In this document: in pieces, positions 24,205-36,139 of the stretch
Numbering within the stretch: position 1 is the stretch's first letter
How the letters are laid out: each line of letters opens with the position of its first letter
Assembly (NCBI GenBank): GCA_965153355.1
Contig: OZ231126.1
Span: forward strand, 8,804,001 to 8,868,000
Direction: 5' to 3'
Source: Flaccisagitta enflata
Taxonomy: Eukaryota
DNA: 64,000 nucleotides
The notes under the pieces: generated by a model
Seen by the model: only the letters and a program-made list of their open reading frames with translations
What the model was told of the DNA's origin: nothing
Database searches by the model: none
Translations under genes and position numbers: made by a program

Positions 24205-25400
24205 GCTTGCGAATTTTGGTTTTGTTGTGGCTTGGGTTGGAATTGGCAACCTGGTTCGCAGTTGTGAGATTTTTCACCGAACTGGCGGTGATACCGGCAG
24301 ATTGAGCGCAGTGTGGATTTCTTGTTCGAATCTGTTGTCGGGTTTTTGTTGGCCGGTTGATTGTTAGAGAATGCGGGAGTGAAATTTCGTTGTGTTTGCT
24401 GCGGTTTTGGCCGATTTCTTCCTCTGTTGTTGAAGTTTCCGCGGGACTTGCCGCGAGGGATTGCATTGATCTGGTTGCCTTCGTCTTCGGTGTCCACGAG
24501 TCCCGGGCACTGGTCGACGTTGTTGACGGTGGGTTGCTCGCCGGCGTGTTTGGGGCGGCCGTCCTTGTCGAAGTAACAGTCGGCTGCCTTTGCTGCGGCT
24601 TCGGCGGAGAGATCGGGACGTTCTGCTAGCGTTTGACGCACAGTGGATGGCAGGTCTTTAAGGACCATTTCTTTAATAAGATCGTCGAGCTCGATGTCCT
24701 TGATGAGGTCCTTGATCTTGGCAAGGTGCTGGGTTGGACGGAGGCTGTCTCTTGGGATGCCTTTGAGGAACAGGGCTGCTTGCTGCTCTTTGGTCCTTCC
24801 GTATTCCTCTTGAAGGTATTCAAGGAACGCGTCCCAGGTTTCATCTGTGGAATCTCCGCAGAGAAATTCATTCACCTTCGGGTTGAGATTTACATCGAGC
24901 TTTGCTTCAATGAAGAAAAACTTGTCCTTTGCGAGAGTGACGCCGGCTCTGCCAAAGGCTGCCTCTACACGACGAATCCACGTATGGATGTTTTTCTTGT
25001 CAAAATTTGGGAGTTCGACCTTTTTGATATGATTATTTGCGGATGTCGTCGCTGTTGCTGCTGCTGCGCCGGCGTCGGCGTCGGCTGCTGGGGGCTGCAT
25101 TGCTGCTGCCATTTCTTGGGCGGCGGCTTTCGCGGAAGCCGTCGCGATTCTCACGATGTCGTCGACTGATAGGTCCGGCATCGTGCTGTTTGATGTGGCG
25201 TCGTCAAATTGTTCCTCCTCCGGCTGCTGTTGTTGCTGCGGAGGGAATTGGAAGGCTCCCGGAGCGGTTGCTGCTGGACTAGGTGATCTAGAGCGGAGTA
25301 TATCTGCGCGACCAAGTCCTGCGTTGGGAATTTGGAGGTGACCGCGTCGTTCGTCTCGTGCGAGGGCGCGGTTGTCTCTCGGTGTGCGATCAGGGTCCAT
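24174..25400 (-). CDS. gag: Gypsy Gag, 408 aa
   Basis: Capsid-like LPNFDKKNIHTWIRRVEAAF; C-X2-H-X9-C-X3-C knuckle (CRYHRQFGEKSHNCEPGC); overlaps pol in the -1 frame. Confidence 0.92.
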   Translation of the reverse strand: MDPDRTPRDNRALARDERRGHLQIPNAGLGRADILRSRSPSPAATAPGAFQFPPQQQQQPEEEQFDDATSNSTMPDLSVDDIVRIATASAKAAAQEMAAAMQPPAADADAGAAAATATTSANNHIKKVELPNFDKKNIHTWIRRVEAAFGRAGVTLAKDKFFFIEAKLDVNLNPKVNEFLCGDSTDETWDAFLEYLQEEYGRTKEQQAALFLKGIPRDSLRPTQHLAKIKDLIKDIELDDLIKEMVLKDLPSTVRQTLAERPDLSAEAAAKAADCYFDKDGRPKHAGEQPTVNNVDQCPGLVDTEDEGNQINAIPRGKSRGNFNNRGRNRPKPQQTQRNFTPAFSNNQPANKNPTTDSNKKSTLRSICRYHRQFGEKSHNCEPGCQFQPKPQQNQNSQAGNGTAGRRM

Positions 25401-27031
25401 ATGTTGTCATGCGGGAAAGGAAAGGAGGTAATAACAGTTAGCACTAAGTTTGTTAGCTAATACAGGTACAACATAGGAGTCGTACGAAACCCGGCTCACC
25501 TGACTGTGCAGGTGGTGGTGCCTGCACCGAGTAACCTCCAACAAGGCCCGCTGAACCCCGGGACTTAGATGCGGACGGAGACCGGTGGCGCCGGCATCGC
25601 TGGCGCTGCGGAATGATTCGTTGTTGAAGAGTTATAAGCAACCCCCAGGGGTTTAGGGGGCTGGTGCTCTTGACGTCGTGACGTTGAAGACGCGAAGGTA
25701 GCCCGGTTCGTCCGGCCGCTACCGCGAGCAATGCTGAGGGAAGACGTGGCTTTTAGGCTGATGACTACACGCTCATTTGCATATAGTAGTAGGAATTTGA
25801 CTTGCGAGGAGACTTTCGGAATCGTCGTGGTTGACTTCTGGGGGCCCTGAAAGGGCCAAAAGTTCGCTCGGAATTTGGATACGATGAACGGTTTAGAAGT
25901 TATGGGCCGAAACGTATTCGTGGCCTCTGATTGGTCGAGCTATTGCGGAACGGGGCATCCGAATTGCACTTGCTGCATGACCATTGGATAGAGAAGAGTC
26001 AACTTTGTGGGGGCGGAGCCAATCGGAACGGCGATATCTTGCACCGTTTTGAAGTTATCAGCGTTTAAGCGTTGCCGAAGGGAGATTTTCGACGTTTTGA
26101 GCCGTATCTTTCTCCTGATTGGTCGAATTTGGATTTGGAACTCAGGCTTTTGCTCCTCGTTGTCTTGCGGTTCCGTAGATACCCCCACAAGCTTACTTTC
26201 GATGAGGCGTTGAGATTTCAGTTTTGATGGAGAGAGAGATTGGTGTACTCTCGGATGGTAAACCGCGACGACCCTGGGTCTCGACACCACAGGGACCATC
26301 CGAGGAGTGAATGTGATTTGGCCCGGACATATGCCAGAACCTATGGAGGGTAGATCTCAATGTAATGCTCCTAGGTTTCTGGTGCAATGCATGTGGGTGA
26401 AGGTCAGTCAAGTCAGTAAATACCCAAGGGAAATCAAAATTATGATGCCAGGTCAGACTCCTGGACTTGTGATCCCTAGCGGTCCTTTGGTTCCGACAGA
26501 CAGACGGAACCGCAGGCACAGAATGTATGGATATTTTAGTGTGCAACCTGCACATGTAGACCTTGACTCCGAATCCTACCCAGCAATCCAAAGCAGAGCT
26601 AAAAAATATGGACTGACATGAGGGAACCCTTAAGAGGGTATCAAAGCCAACCACTGCACTTGGAATCTGGGACTTGGAGACGGATGGGTTGTGACCTTCA
26701 GCTGCCACCGTGACTTTTTCCCCAGGTTGTTTCTATATGGTTAGCCCTCTCAAGGCACGCAAAGAGAGGCATTGACCAGGGAATCACCCCTTGCTACTAG
26801 TCAGACTTCCATATAGCACCAGACAAGGAGATGGCATAACTGCCTCGGGGTGAGGGTACTACCGGTTTATCACAATCTACTATGGTTTGGAAAAGGGCTA
26901 ACATGAGGGAACCCTTAAGAGGGTATCAATGCCAGTTCCGCCCCGCACCGGTTTCCCACTCTCTGAAGCCTCCCTCCAGTGGATGCCGCTCCTGGGCAGA
27001 GGCCACCAGGCTGGATTTATAGTCCGATAGA

Positions 27032-27043
27032 TCGGGCTCACCA
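27032..27043 (-). promoter_or_regulatory. Primer-binding site, tRNA-Trp-like
   Basis: TGGTGAGCCCGA, one mismatch from TGGTGACCCCGA (the tRNA-Trp PBS typical of the CsRn1 clade), preceded by ...TACA-C. Confidence 0.6.
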
Positions 27044-28228
27044 GTGTACAAAGGACATCGGCCCTTTGGGGCCGCTGCCCAAAAAGTGAAACAGAGAATG
27101 AAAAAAAGAACGAAAGCAAGAACGAAAGGTCCAGAGGGGAAAGAAGGAAGGAAGGAAGGAAGGAGAGAAGGAAGGAGAGAAGGAAGGAACGAGAGAAGGA
27201 AGGAAAGAAGGAGGGAAGTGATACCCGTTGCACAGCAGTTTAGTGAATATATTCTAATTTAAAGGTGAGCTGAACCGTCACATAACATGAAATGGAGATT
27301 AGGAGCAAGACAATTTGTGCCATCGCCCATAGTAACTTAGGTCGGTGAGCAAAAAGAATAAGCTCCAAAACGAGTGAGGGTGGACAATTCACTCTGTGGC
27401 ACTTTCTGTTTCAAAAGTCCCCTGACCATAAAAGGGAATTGAGAGTGAAATTGAATATGCAATCCGCGGACGCATAGGGCCGCTGACCAATAAAGGAGAG
27501 AGTAAGGGTTAGACAACACCAAGTCCCTTTTTTGATTCCATGGCCACTGACCAAAAAAGGAGAGAGAAAGAGCAAGAAAGTACGTAGAACCTTTTGCTTC
27601 CGTGGGCCGCTGACTAAAAAAGGAGAGAGAAAGAGCAAGAAAGTACGTGGAACCTTTTGATTCCATGGGCCACTGACCAAAAAAGGAGAGAAAAAAAGGG
27701 CAAGAGAGTATGTAAAACCTTTTGATTCCATGGGCTGCTGACCAAAAAAAAAGGGAGAGCAAAAGAGCAAGATAACCTGCACCATTATCTCTCGTTGCTA
27801 CGGCAACGCATTTGTCCCACTTTCCCTCAGCCAATAAAGGCGTGTCTTTAAAACGTCATAGCAGAAAACGAAAAAAAAGAACAAAACAGAGAAAGTGAAT
27901 AGAGAGAGAGAGAGAGAGAGCTCACTCTCACTCACAGTCAGACAGACATTAAGCAAAACTGACAAACTCTCACGCAACCTTGGAAGCTTTCGATATTTTT
28001 TATTTCCTCGTTGCATAATTGATCATTACAACCAGTTATTCATTGTTCCTCTTTGTCATTTCATCGCGGCTTCTGTATTTTCTGGAAGGGAATTAATGAC
28101 AAATTATATCCTGTTGTTCAGCCTTGGCCGTTATTTAACACGGTGTCTTCTTTTTCGTTCGCTTTTATACTTTTTCTTTCCTTACGTCAGTCTATCAGTC
28201 TGTCTGTATATTTTCTTCTTTTTGTCTG

Positions 28229-28335
<107 letters not shown>

Positions 28336-28727
28336 CTTTCCACTCACACACACACATACGCACACACCAAACACATCATCATCATTATTTTCCTTTGCGA
28401 AAGTCTTTGGACCTTCCATCATTTTATCGCAGCCGAATCTTTTCATTCTTGTCCATTTAAGGAACGTTTTCATGCTATTTGAGAGTATTCATGGCATTCA
28501 TCTAGAACCGCTTTCAAATCCATCTAATCTATCAAGCCTGGACACGGTCCATGGTCGGGTTGAGACTGCTGAAGGCTGATCTTCGATTCCATTGTCACAA
28601 TCTTTAAAAATTGTTATCAAGTTTGGCCATGTCATAGGCAAGCAGGAATCTCTCGAACGAATGAGAATGTTGAGGAGAAAAAAGAATGTAATTGACTAAT
28701 TGGTGTTATTGTTGCTGCTGCTGTTAC

Positions 28728-28816
<89 letters not shown>

Positions 28817-28824
28817 GCTGTTAC

Positions 28825-29002
<178 letters not shown>

Positions 29003-29274
29003 CCTGTTGTTGTTGTTCCTGTTGTTGTTGTTTTTGTTGTTGCTGATCCACCCATCTCTTTGGCAATCACCTCTGTTTTTGGCCTCCAGGGAAGATGAGG
29101 GGCAACGTGGCCCGCAGAGAAGTTTACTCATCGGGCCTTTGATGTCAGATTCCTGTCAAATTACAACCATATTAGGACATAAGGTCGGTAACATTGATAA
29201 CTTAACAAACAATGTATTCTGACAAGCCAACGTGAAAGTCACGAACGAAGATCACCTAAGAAGCAAACAGCAGT

Positions 29275-29328
<54 letters not shown>

Positions 29329-29471
29329 GGCGTCTCGAGAACAAACAGCGCCGGCGCCGGCGCCCGTGAATTCAGCCTCATTTCGTTGTTCAGATGTGCA
29401 TTAAGGAAATTCCCTTTGTTGGTTAATGGACTATTCGTGAGACCGACCATTTAATGAAGATCAAGAAGATG

Positions 29472-29750
29472 CAGGCGTGTATAAAATTGGGTAATGAATA
29501 TTAAAAGGTTTGTAGATGGGAAAGAAAATCACAAAGTGAAAAAAAGAATAAGAAGATTTTACACTTTCAGCAGTGCCAAAAGATAGTATTTTGTTACTAC
29601 AACACTATTTTACACTATTCGGACCATATTTATACTTTATTTAAACTCTATGGGGTAGAAAATCGAAAAATTTTACGACCGGGCCGGGAAGGAAATCAAA
29701 GACCAGGGGGGGGGAAGAAATCAAAGGCCGCTCAACTTTATACACCCCTG
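29472..29750. mobile_element. hAT-like MITE (related copy at 32175-32504)
   Basis: Termini CAGGCGTGTATA / TATACACCCCTG in both copies; shared internal gaagaaatcaaagg motifs; TSD not clean. Confidence 0.55.
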
Positions 29751-29956
29751 GCCGAAGAGGAGAAACAACAAGTGAATGGGAACAACGTCGCGAGTCTCGG
29801 GACTTTTTAACAAGGAGAAAGACCAAAATTGACATCGAAATAGAAGATAAAAGAACAGACGTACCGACAGACAGACAGACCGACAGAAAGATGGAGAAAG
29901 TGACTTATATAGAGTACCACGTGTCTCAAAATGAAGATGACGGCAGAGATGACGGA

Positions 29957-30048
<92 letters not shown>

Positions 30049-30104
30049 TGCCCAAGGGAAATGTTTTATCCCACGCACGGCCTTGCCGTGTGTTGCTGGT
30101 TAGC

Positions 30105-30144
<40 letters not shown>

Positions 30145-30228
30145 CCAACAACAACAACAACAACAACAACGACGATGACGTTGCCATTTCCTCCCCCCCC
30201 CCCCATTAGCGCGCCCTCAAATATATCA

Positions 30229-30423
30229 CAACAAGGCCGGATACACGGCCACCCTAGTCGCGTGCGGGTGGGCAGGAGCAGTGCTGGAGAAGGTCACTAC
30301 GGCATCTGGACAGGAGCCGTATGCTCTAAAAGCACAAAACGCCGAACCGACCAACCGGCCAATCGACCAACCGACGGACCGACATAGCGGGGTGTAGAGT
30401 CGCGTAGCACGCGACTGAAAAAA
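30229..30423 (+). mobile_element. Family B element (pearl/HINE-like), representative copy
   Basis: aacaaggccggatacacggc..agtcgcgtgcgggtgggcagg, a ccgac/cggac microsatellite, and a terminal palindrome agtcgcgt(a)gcacgcgact plus A-run. Related copies near 33036, 39555, 40208(-), 41978(-), 54235, 54983 and 56866. Confidence 0.75.
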
Positions 30424-30754
30424 AGAATAACAACGAAAATATATCACAGTGCAACCTCGCCTCTATGGGGGGTTTGAAATCTATGGATATGTGTTCACGC
30501 TGAAATCGAGATTAACGGGCACAATTAGCGATCATTGTCGTCACGAGAAATACGCCCTGAAAGGACTCTGAACCCGTATAAGCGAAACTAAGAGGTTGTT
30601 GAACCCGCCTAAAAAGACTGCATTAACTTTCTTTTTCCGCCGAATTCGGCGAATTCATTGATTGAAGACTGAAAGCTGATAAACGGCTAAAAAAGGCTAA
30701 AAAACGGCTAAAAGCTGAAAAATGGAAAAGTTCCTTTCTAAGAGTCATTTCATC

Positions 30755-31282
30755 AAGTCGTTGGTCGTCTGGTCATGGTCGACGGAATGAAGTAGTTGGG
30801 CTTTGTTTGGTCGGCTTGTTGGATGGTTGATTGGTTGGTTGGTTGGTTGGTTGGTTGGTTGATTGATTGATTGGTTGTCTGCCTTGTTGGTTGGTTGGTT
30901 GTTGGTCGTCTGTCAATGGTCGACGGAATTGGGCGTTGCATGGTTGGTTGGTTTGTTAGTTGATTGGTTGATTGATTGGTTGTCTGCCTTGTTGGTTGGT
31001 TGATCGTCAGTCATTACTCGGTGGTTGTTGGTCGTCTGTCAATGGTCGACGGAATTGGGCGTTGCATGGTTGGTTGGTTTGTTAGTTGGTTGGTTGATTG
31101 ATTGGTTGTCTGCCTTGTTGGTTGGTTGATCGTCAGTCGTTACTCGGTGGTCGTTGGTCGTCTGTCGATGGTCGACGGAATTGGGCGTTGCATGGTTGGT
31201 CCGTGTGTTAGTTGGTTGGTTGATTGATTGGTTGTCTGCCTTGTTGGTTGGTTGGTCGTCAGTCGTTACTCGGTGGTCGTTG
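30755..31282. repeat. ~104-bp tandem repeat with (GGTT)n
   Basis: Repeated ggtcgtctgtcaatggtcgacggaattgggcgttgcatgg units. Confidence 0.85.
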
Positions 31283-31379
31283 CCAGGTGACCTGTCCTGA
31301 TTTCATTTCCAGTTATCACTGTCTCAACCTCCACTCGGCTCATCTTTTCGCGAAATCGTCATCGTCTCAAATAACTGTT

Positions 31380-32010
31380 TTTGGGCAGCGGCCCCGGAGG
31401 GGCCGATGACCTATGATTCCACATAGGGCAATTTTCTCCGGTCTGGTTTCCGTTTTCCGTCCGTCCGTCCCCCCCCCCCGCCTCCCCCAAGCCTCAAATA
31501 AAGCTTCTCAGACCCCAAATCAGGCCTTTTCGACTCCAAATCAGACCTTTCTGACCCCAACTTAGGCTTCTCAGACCTCAAATCAAGCCTCCCAGACCCC
31601 AAATCAGGCCTCTCAGACCCCAAATCAGGCCTCCCAGACCCCAGATCAGGCTTCTCAGACCCCAAGTTAGGCCTCTCAGATCCAAATCAGGCCTCAGACC
31701 CCATCTGAAGCTTTTCAGACCCCAAATTAGACCCCTCAGACCCAAATAAGGCCTTTCAGACCCCAAATCAACCCTCTCAGAGACTCAGACCCCAAACCAC
31801 GCCTCTCACACCCTAAATCAGACCTTTCAGAGCCAAAATCAGGCCTCTCAGCCCTCCAAACCAGCTTCTCACACTGGAGAAAATTGTCCTATGTGGAATC
31901 ATAGGTCATCGGCCCCTCCGGGGCCGCTGCCCCTCTCATAATCTCATTCCCACGTACACTAACTTAGGGGCATCGGGTACCGCTGACCATGTGACGCTTT
32001 TGCGACTATT
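31380..32010 (-). mobile_element. Family A element with a 21-bp central array
   Basis: IR gggcagcggccccggaggggccgatgacctatgattccacatagg and its reverse complement; (cagaccccaaatcaggcctct)n core. Confidence 0.75.
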
Positions 32011-33256
32011 TCCCTTTTTTCGTTCTGATTTTAGTTTCTCCGACTAATGACATTTCCTGAGAATTTAGCGAACTTTAATTTTCCATTCATTGGTGCTTCA
32101 GTTGTCTCTATGTCTCTCTTTTTCCCTTCCGTCTGTGCCTGCATCTGCATATATGACTTTGTTTTCATCTGATGCAGGCGTGTATATAGTTGAGTGGGGG
32201 CCCCCCCCCCCCCCGTGGAGGAAATAAAATCAAAGGGTTTGGAGATGGGGGAAAAATCAGAAGCTAGAAAAGAAGAAAAAAGTTGGGTTTGTTTTTTTTA
32301 AGATTTAACGCTTGTGGTAGTTCCAAATATTTGATTACCACAACGCAATTTAACACTATTTCAACCTAAAATAAACTGTTTTATTGCTTTTTGGGGCAGG
32401 AAAATCATATATTATAAAATGCGATGCAATGCAATGTGTCGCGAGGAAGAAAATCAAAGGCAGGGGGGAATAAAATCAAAAGCAACTCAACATATACACC
32501 CCTGGTCTAATTTCTAAATCTCTTTCTGTCTTTATCCGTCTTTCTTTTTCTTTCTGTAACTCACATCGAGAGTTTGTAGTTCAATCTCTATTATCGTGTG
32601 CGCGTCTGTCTGTGTTTTTCCACTCTCTCTCCTTCACTTTTTCGCTTCGCAGCTCTGAAAAATCAGTAACTTGTGATTCAGAGCTTTTCCTCTCCAGTGC
32701 ATCTTTAAGTCTCACTTTTGACTAGTGCTCTCAATCTAGTATCTTTTTTCGTCACTACCTTTTTTTCAGCTTTTCTTCCCCTTCTTCTTTTTTGTCATTT
32801 TTCCTTCTTTTCTTTTTTATTTTCAGATGTTTTTTGTCCCTCTCCCTGATGCTCGCTGCCCCAGATCCCAAAAACACAAGAAAAATACCATTTACCCTTT
32901 TTGATAATAAATTACAAAATCTTACGTTTCACTCAGGTTAAAAAAACATTCCTCTTTAATTAAATCTCTACCCGGGATGTGATAACGATTATTGCAAATT
33001 ATAGATGCGTTGTGTTGGTGGGTTGGAGTAAAAAACAAGGCCGGATACACGGCAATCCAGTCGCGGACGGTGGGGCAGGAGCAGTAGGGCAAAAACCGCT
33101 TGGAATTAAAAAAATTTACGTAGGGACCGACCGACGGATGGATGGGACGACCGACACGGCAAGGTCGCGTGTCCGCGACCAATAATGATAAAGATGATAC
33201 TAAAAGCGAAGAGGGACCTGAAGGAAAAGGAGGAAGAAGAGGAGGAGGAGAAGAAA

Positions 33257-33550
33257 AACAAGTCATCCAAGGATTGCACATGGTCAGCGGTACCCGATGC
33301 CCTGCTTGGAGTGATCAACTGAAGAGGTGGAGTGAGAGCAGGGTAGCGGCTCCAAAGGGCCGATGTCCTGTAGGACACAGGGGTGAATTTCCTTACGTCC
33401 TGAGAAGGCATATTTCAGGCCTTAGAGGCAATTTTCCATGATATTCAATGGGAGCTATGTATTTTCTACAATTTATTGTCAATTTTCCATGTTATTCAAT
33501 GGGAATTTCATTTTTTTGTCAATTTTCCATGTTATCGAATTGCTATTTTG

Positions 33551-33584
<34 letters not shown>

Positions 33585-33865
33585 TTAATTTTCCATGTTA
33601 TTCGATGGAAAATGTGCATTTTTCTATTGTTTGTAAATTTTCCATGTTATTCAATGGGAAGTTTGCAAATTGTCATTTTCCCATGTTTTTCAATGGGAAG
33701 TTTGCATTTTGTCATTTACCCATGTTATTCAATGGAAATTTGAGAATTGGGAAGGTTCAGGGGGGGACCTTCGGACGGACAGACAGACAGACGGATGGAT
33801 GGACGTAAGGAAATTCACCCCTGTGTCCTACAAGACATCGGCCTTTTGCGGCCGCTGCCCAAAAA
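33257..33865 (+). mobile_element. Family A element with an AT-rich central array
   Basis: Same 5' segment and IRs as the 19311 copy; core is (ttttccatgttattcaatggga..)n. Confidence 0.75.
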
Positions 33866-34049
33866 GGAATAGGAAAAGAACAGGAGGAAGAGAAAGAAGA
33901 GGAGGAGAAGAAAGGGGGGGATACTTCTGCAAAAGGGAATCACTTTTTTCACGTTGAGGTCCAAGAGCAAAGAGTTAAAGAGGTAAAGACAAGAAGAATT
34001 TTCCATTGGGGACCCATTTCTCATTTCAACCTGCGTATTGCATATTGTT

Positions 34050-34225
34050 CGACTGAAGGGACTGCAAGGTTGTAATGACCAAGAAGACTGAAAGGAATGC
34101 AAGGATTGTAATGACCAAGAAGACTGAAGGGACTGCAAGGATTGTCATCACCAAGAAGACTGAAAGGAATGCAAGCATTGCCATGACCAAAAAGACTAAA
34201 AGGTTTGGAAGGATTGTAATGACCA
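34050..34225. repeat. 30-bp tandem repeat
   Basis: gactgaaaggaatgcaaggattgtaatgaccaagaa-type units. Confidence 0.85.
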
Positions 34226-34520
34226 TAAGCAAAAAGACTAAGAGGATATCAGCCACTGTTACGGCTGCGAGGACCTCAAAACAACACAGACGTAGACGAT
34301 TGCCGGAATTGATCCACAAAAATGGATTTTGTTCATGGGTGGACTGCCGTTACGAAACATCAATTTTTGACATATCATTTTGTGCAACAGGATTTCTTTA
34401 AAGAAATGCCAATTTCTTGCGCAAATTGATTCCTTCTTGTGAGCCTTTTTTATTAGCTCCCTGCAATATCTATGGCTACTTTTAACATTACGCCGGGCTT
34501 TCTACTCGCCAGCCTGTTGG

Positions 34521-34636
<116 letters not shown>

Positions 34637-34736
34637 CTTATCATTCTTCCACGCATATTTCGATTTTCTCTTCCGCCACCGAAAATTCACCCTTGACGCG
34701 CTGAAAGCTGAAGGACGGATTCAGTCTTTATGGCGG

Positions 34737-34811
<75 letters not shown>

Positions 34812-35543
34812 GAGTGAGAAACCGGAAATGATCTATTGGTCAGGAAGAAGACAGTCTTAGACATGGTAAGACATGGTAAGACATGGTCAAACATAGAAGT
34901 GGAGCTAGATGGATAGTTTACAAACAAACTCGTTTCACATTGACGCCAGGATCATCAACATTGGAAAAGACAGATTTACAAGAATGAATTAATGAAAGTA
35001 TGAATGAATGAATGAACTAATGAATGAATGAATAAATAAATGAGTGAAAAGAAAAGAAAAAAAATGTGTGAAAAGAGAAGAAAAGAAAAGAAAAGAAAAG
35101 ACAAATTTACAAGAATGAATCAATGAACTAATGAATGAATGAATGAATAAATGAATAAATAAATGAATGAATGAATCAATGAATGAATGCATGCATGCAT
35201 GAATGAATGAATGAATGAATGAATGAATGAATGAATGAATGAATGAATGAATGAATGAATAGATAGATAAATGAGTGAATGAGACAAAGAAAAAAGGAAG
35301 ATAGAAAGGGAAAGAAAGAAAAATAAAGAAGGAAAGAAAAGAAAAAAAGAGAAAAAGATTCAAAGAAACAAAGGAACAAACAAAGGAACAAAGAAAGGAA
35401 GAATTACAGAAAAACAGAATGAAAAGCAGAAAGAAAGATAGAAACAAAAAACAAACAAACAAACAAACAAACAAACAAACAAACAAACAAACAAACAAAC
35501 AAACAACCAAACAAACAAAAGAAAGAAAGGGCATTAGAGAAGG

Positions 35544-35634
<91 letters not shown>

Positions 35635-35803
35635 AAGATAGAAAGAAAGACAGAAAGAAAGAACATTAGAGAAGGAGAAGGAAGTGAAGAAGGAAGAGGT
35701 CGTTGGTGGGATAGATCGCTTTTTTGATCCCACGCAGCAAAGATTACTTCTTCTTTTTTACTTTTTTTCTTTTTTCTAGAGTTCAGTTTGACTTTGCACG
35801 CAG

Positions 35804-35855
<52 letters not shown>

Positions 35856-36139
35856 CACTTCCCTCGTTGCCTTTTGACGCTTCTTTTCACAATGGATTTT
35901 TAGATTAATAACAAATCAGTAGCCAATACAATACATATAATCATACTTAAGATATCCATACTTACATATATCCATGCTAACATCAATTTAGTCTGTTGCA
36001 ATTTTGCATTTTACTACTTCAGAAAAAAAAAATCAGCGATTTTTGAGAAAACTTTTGTTATCAAAGAATTTTAGAACTTTTTACTTTTTGTTGCACATTC
36101 CATGAAGGAGATGTAAGTGTAAACTCTGCACACTAGAGA

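Larger units (their letters stand above)
19841..27050 (-). mobile_element. Ty3/Gypsy LTR retrotransposon, CsRn1/Boudicca/kabuki clade; intact gag and pol, partial 3' LTR, no 5' LTR
   Basis: CHCC Gag knuckle; PR-RT-RH-IN order; tRNA-Trp-like PBS (TGGTGAGCCCGA) at 27043-27032; PPT (TCTGGGGGGCA) followed by TGTA at 20218. Confidence 0.92.

Noticed and set aside
20454..25444. Short ORFs overlapping gag/pol on either strand
   Set aside because: Expected shadows of long GC-rich ORFs; no motifs.
26275..26300. TGGTCCCTG / TGGTGTCGAG as an alternative Gypsy PBS
   Set aside because: No LTR copy adjoins it, and the 27043 site fits the clade's tRNA-Trp PBS better.
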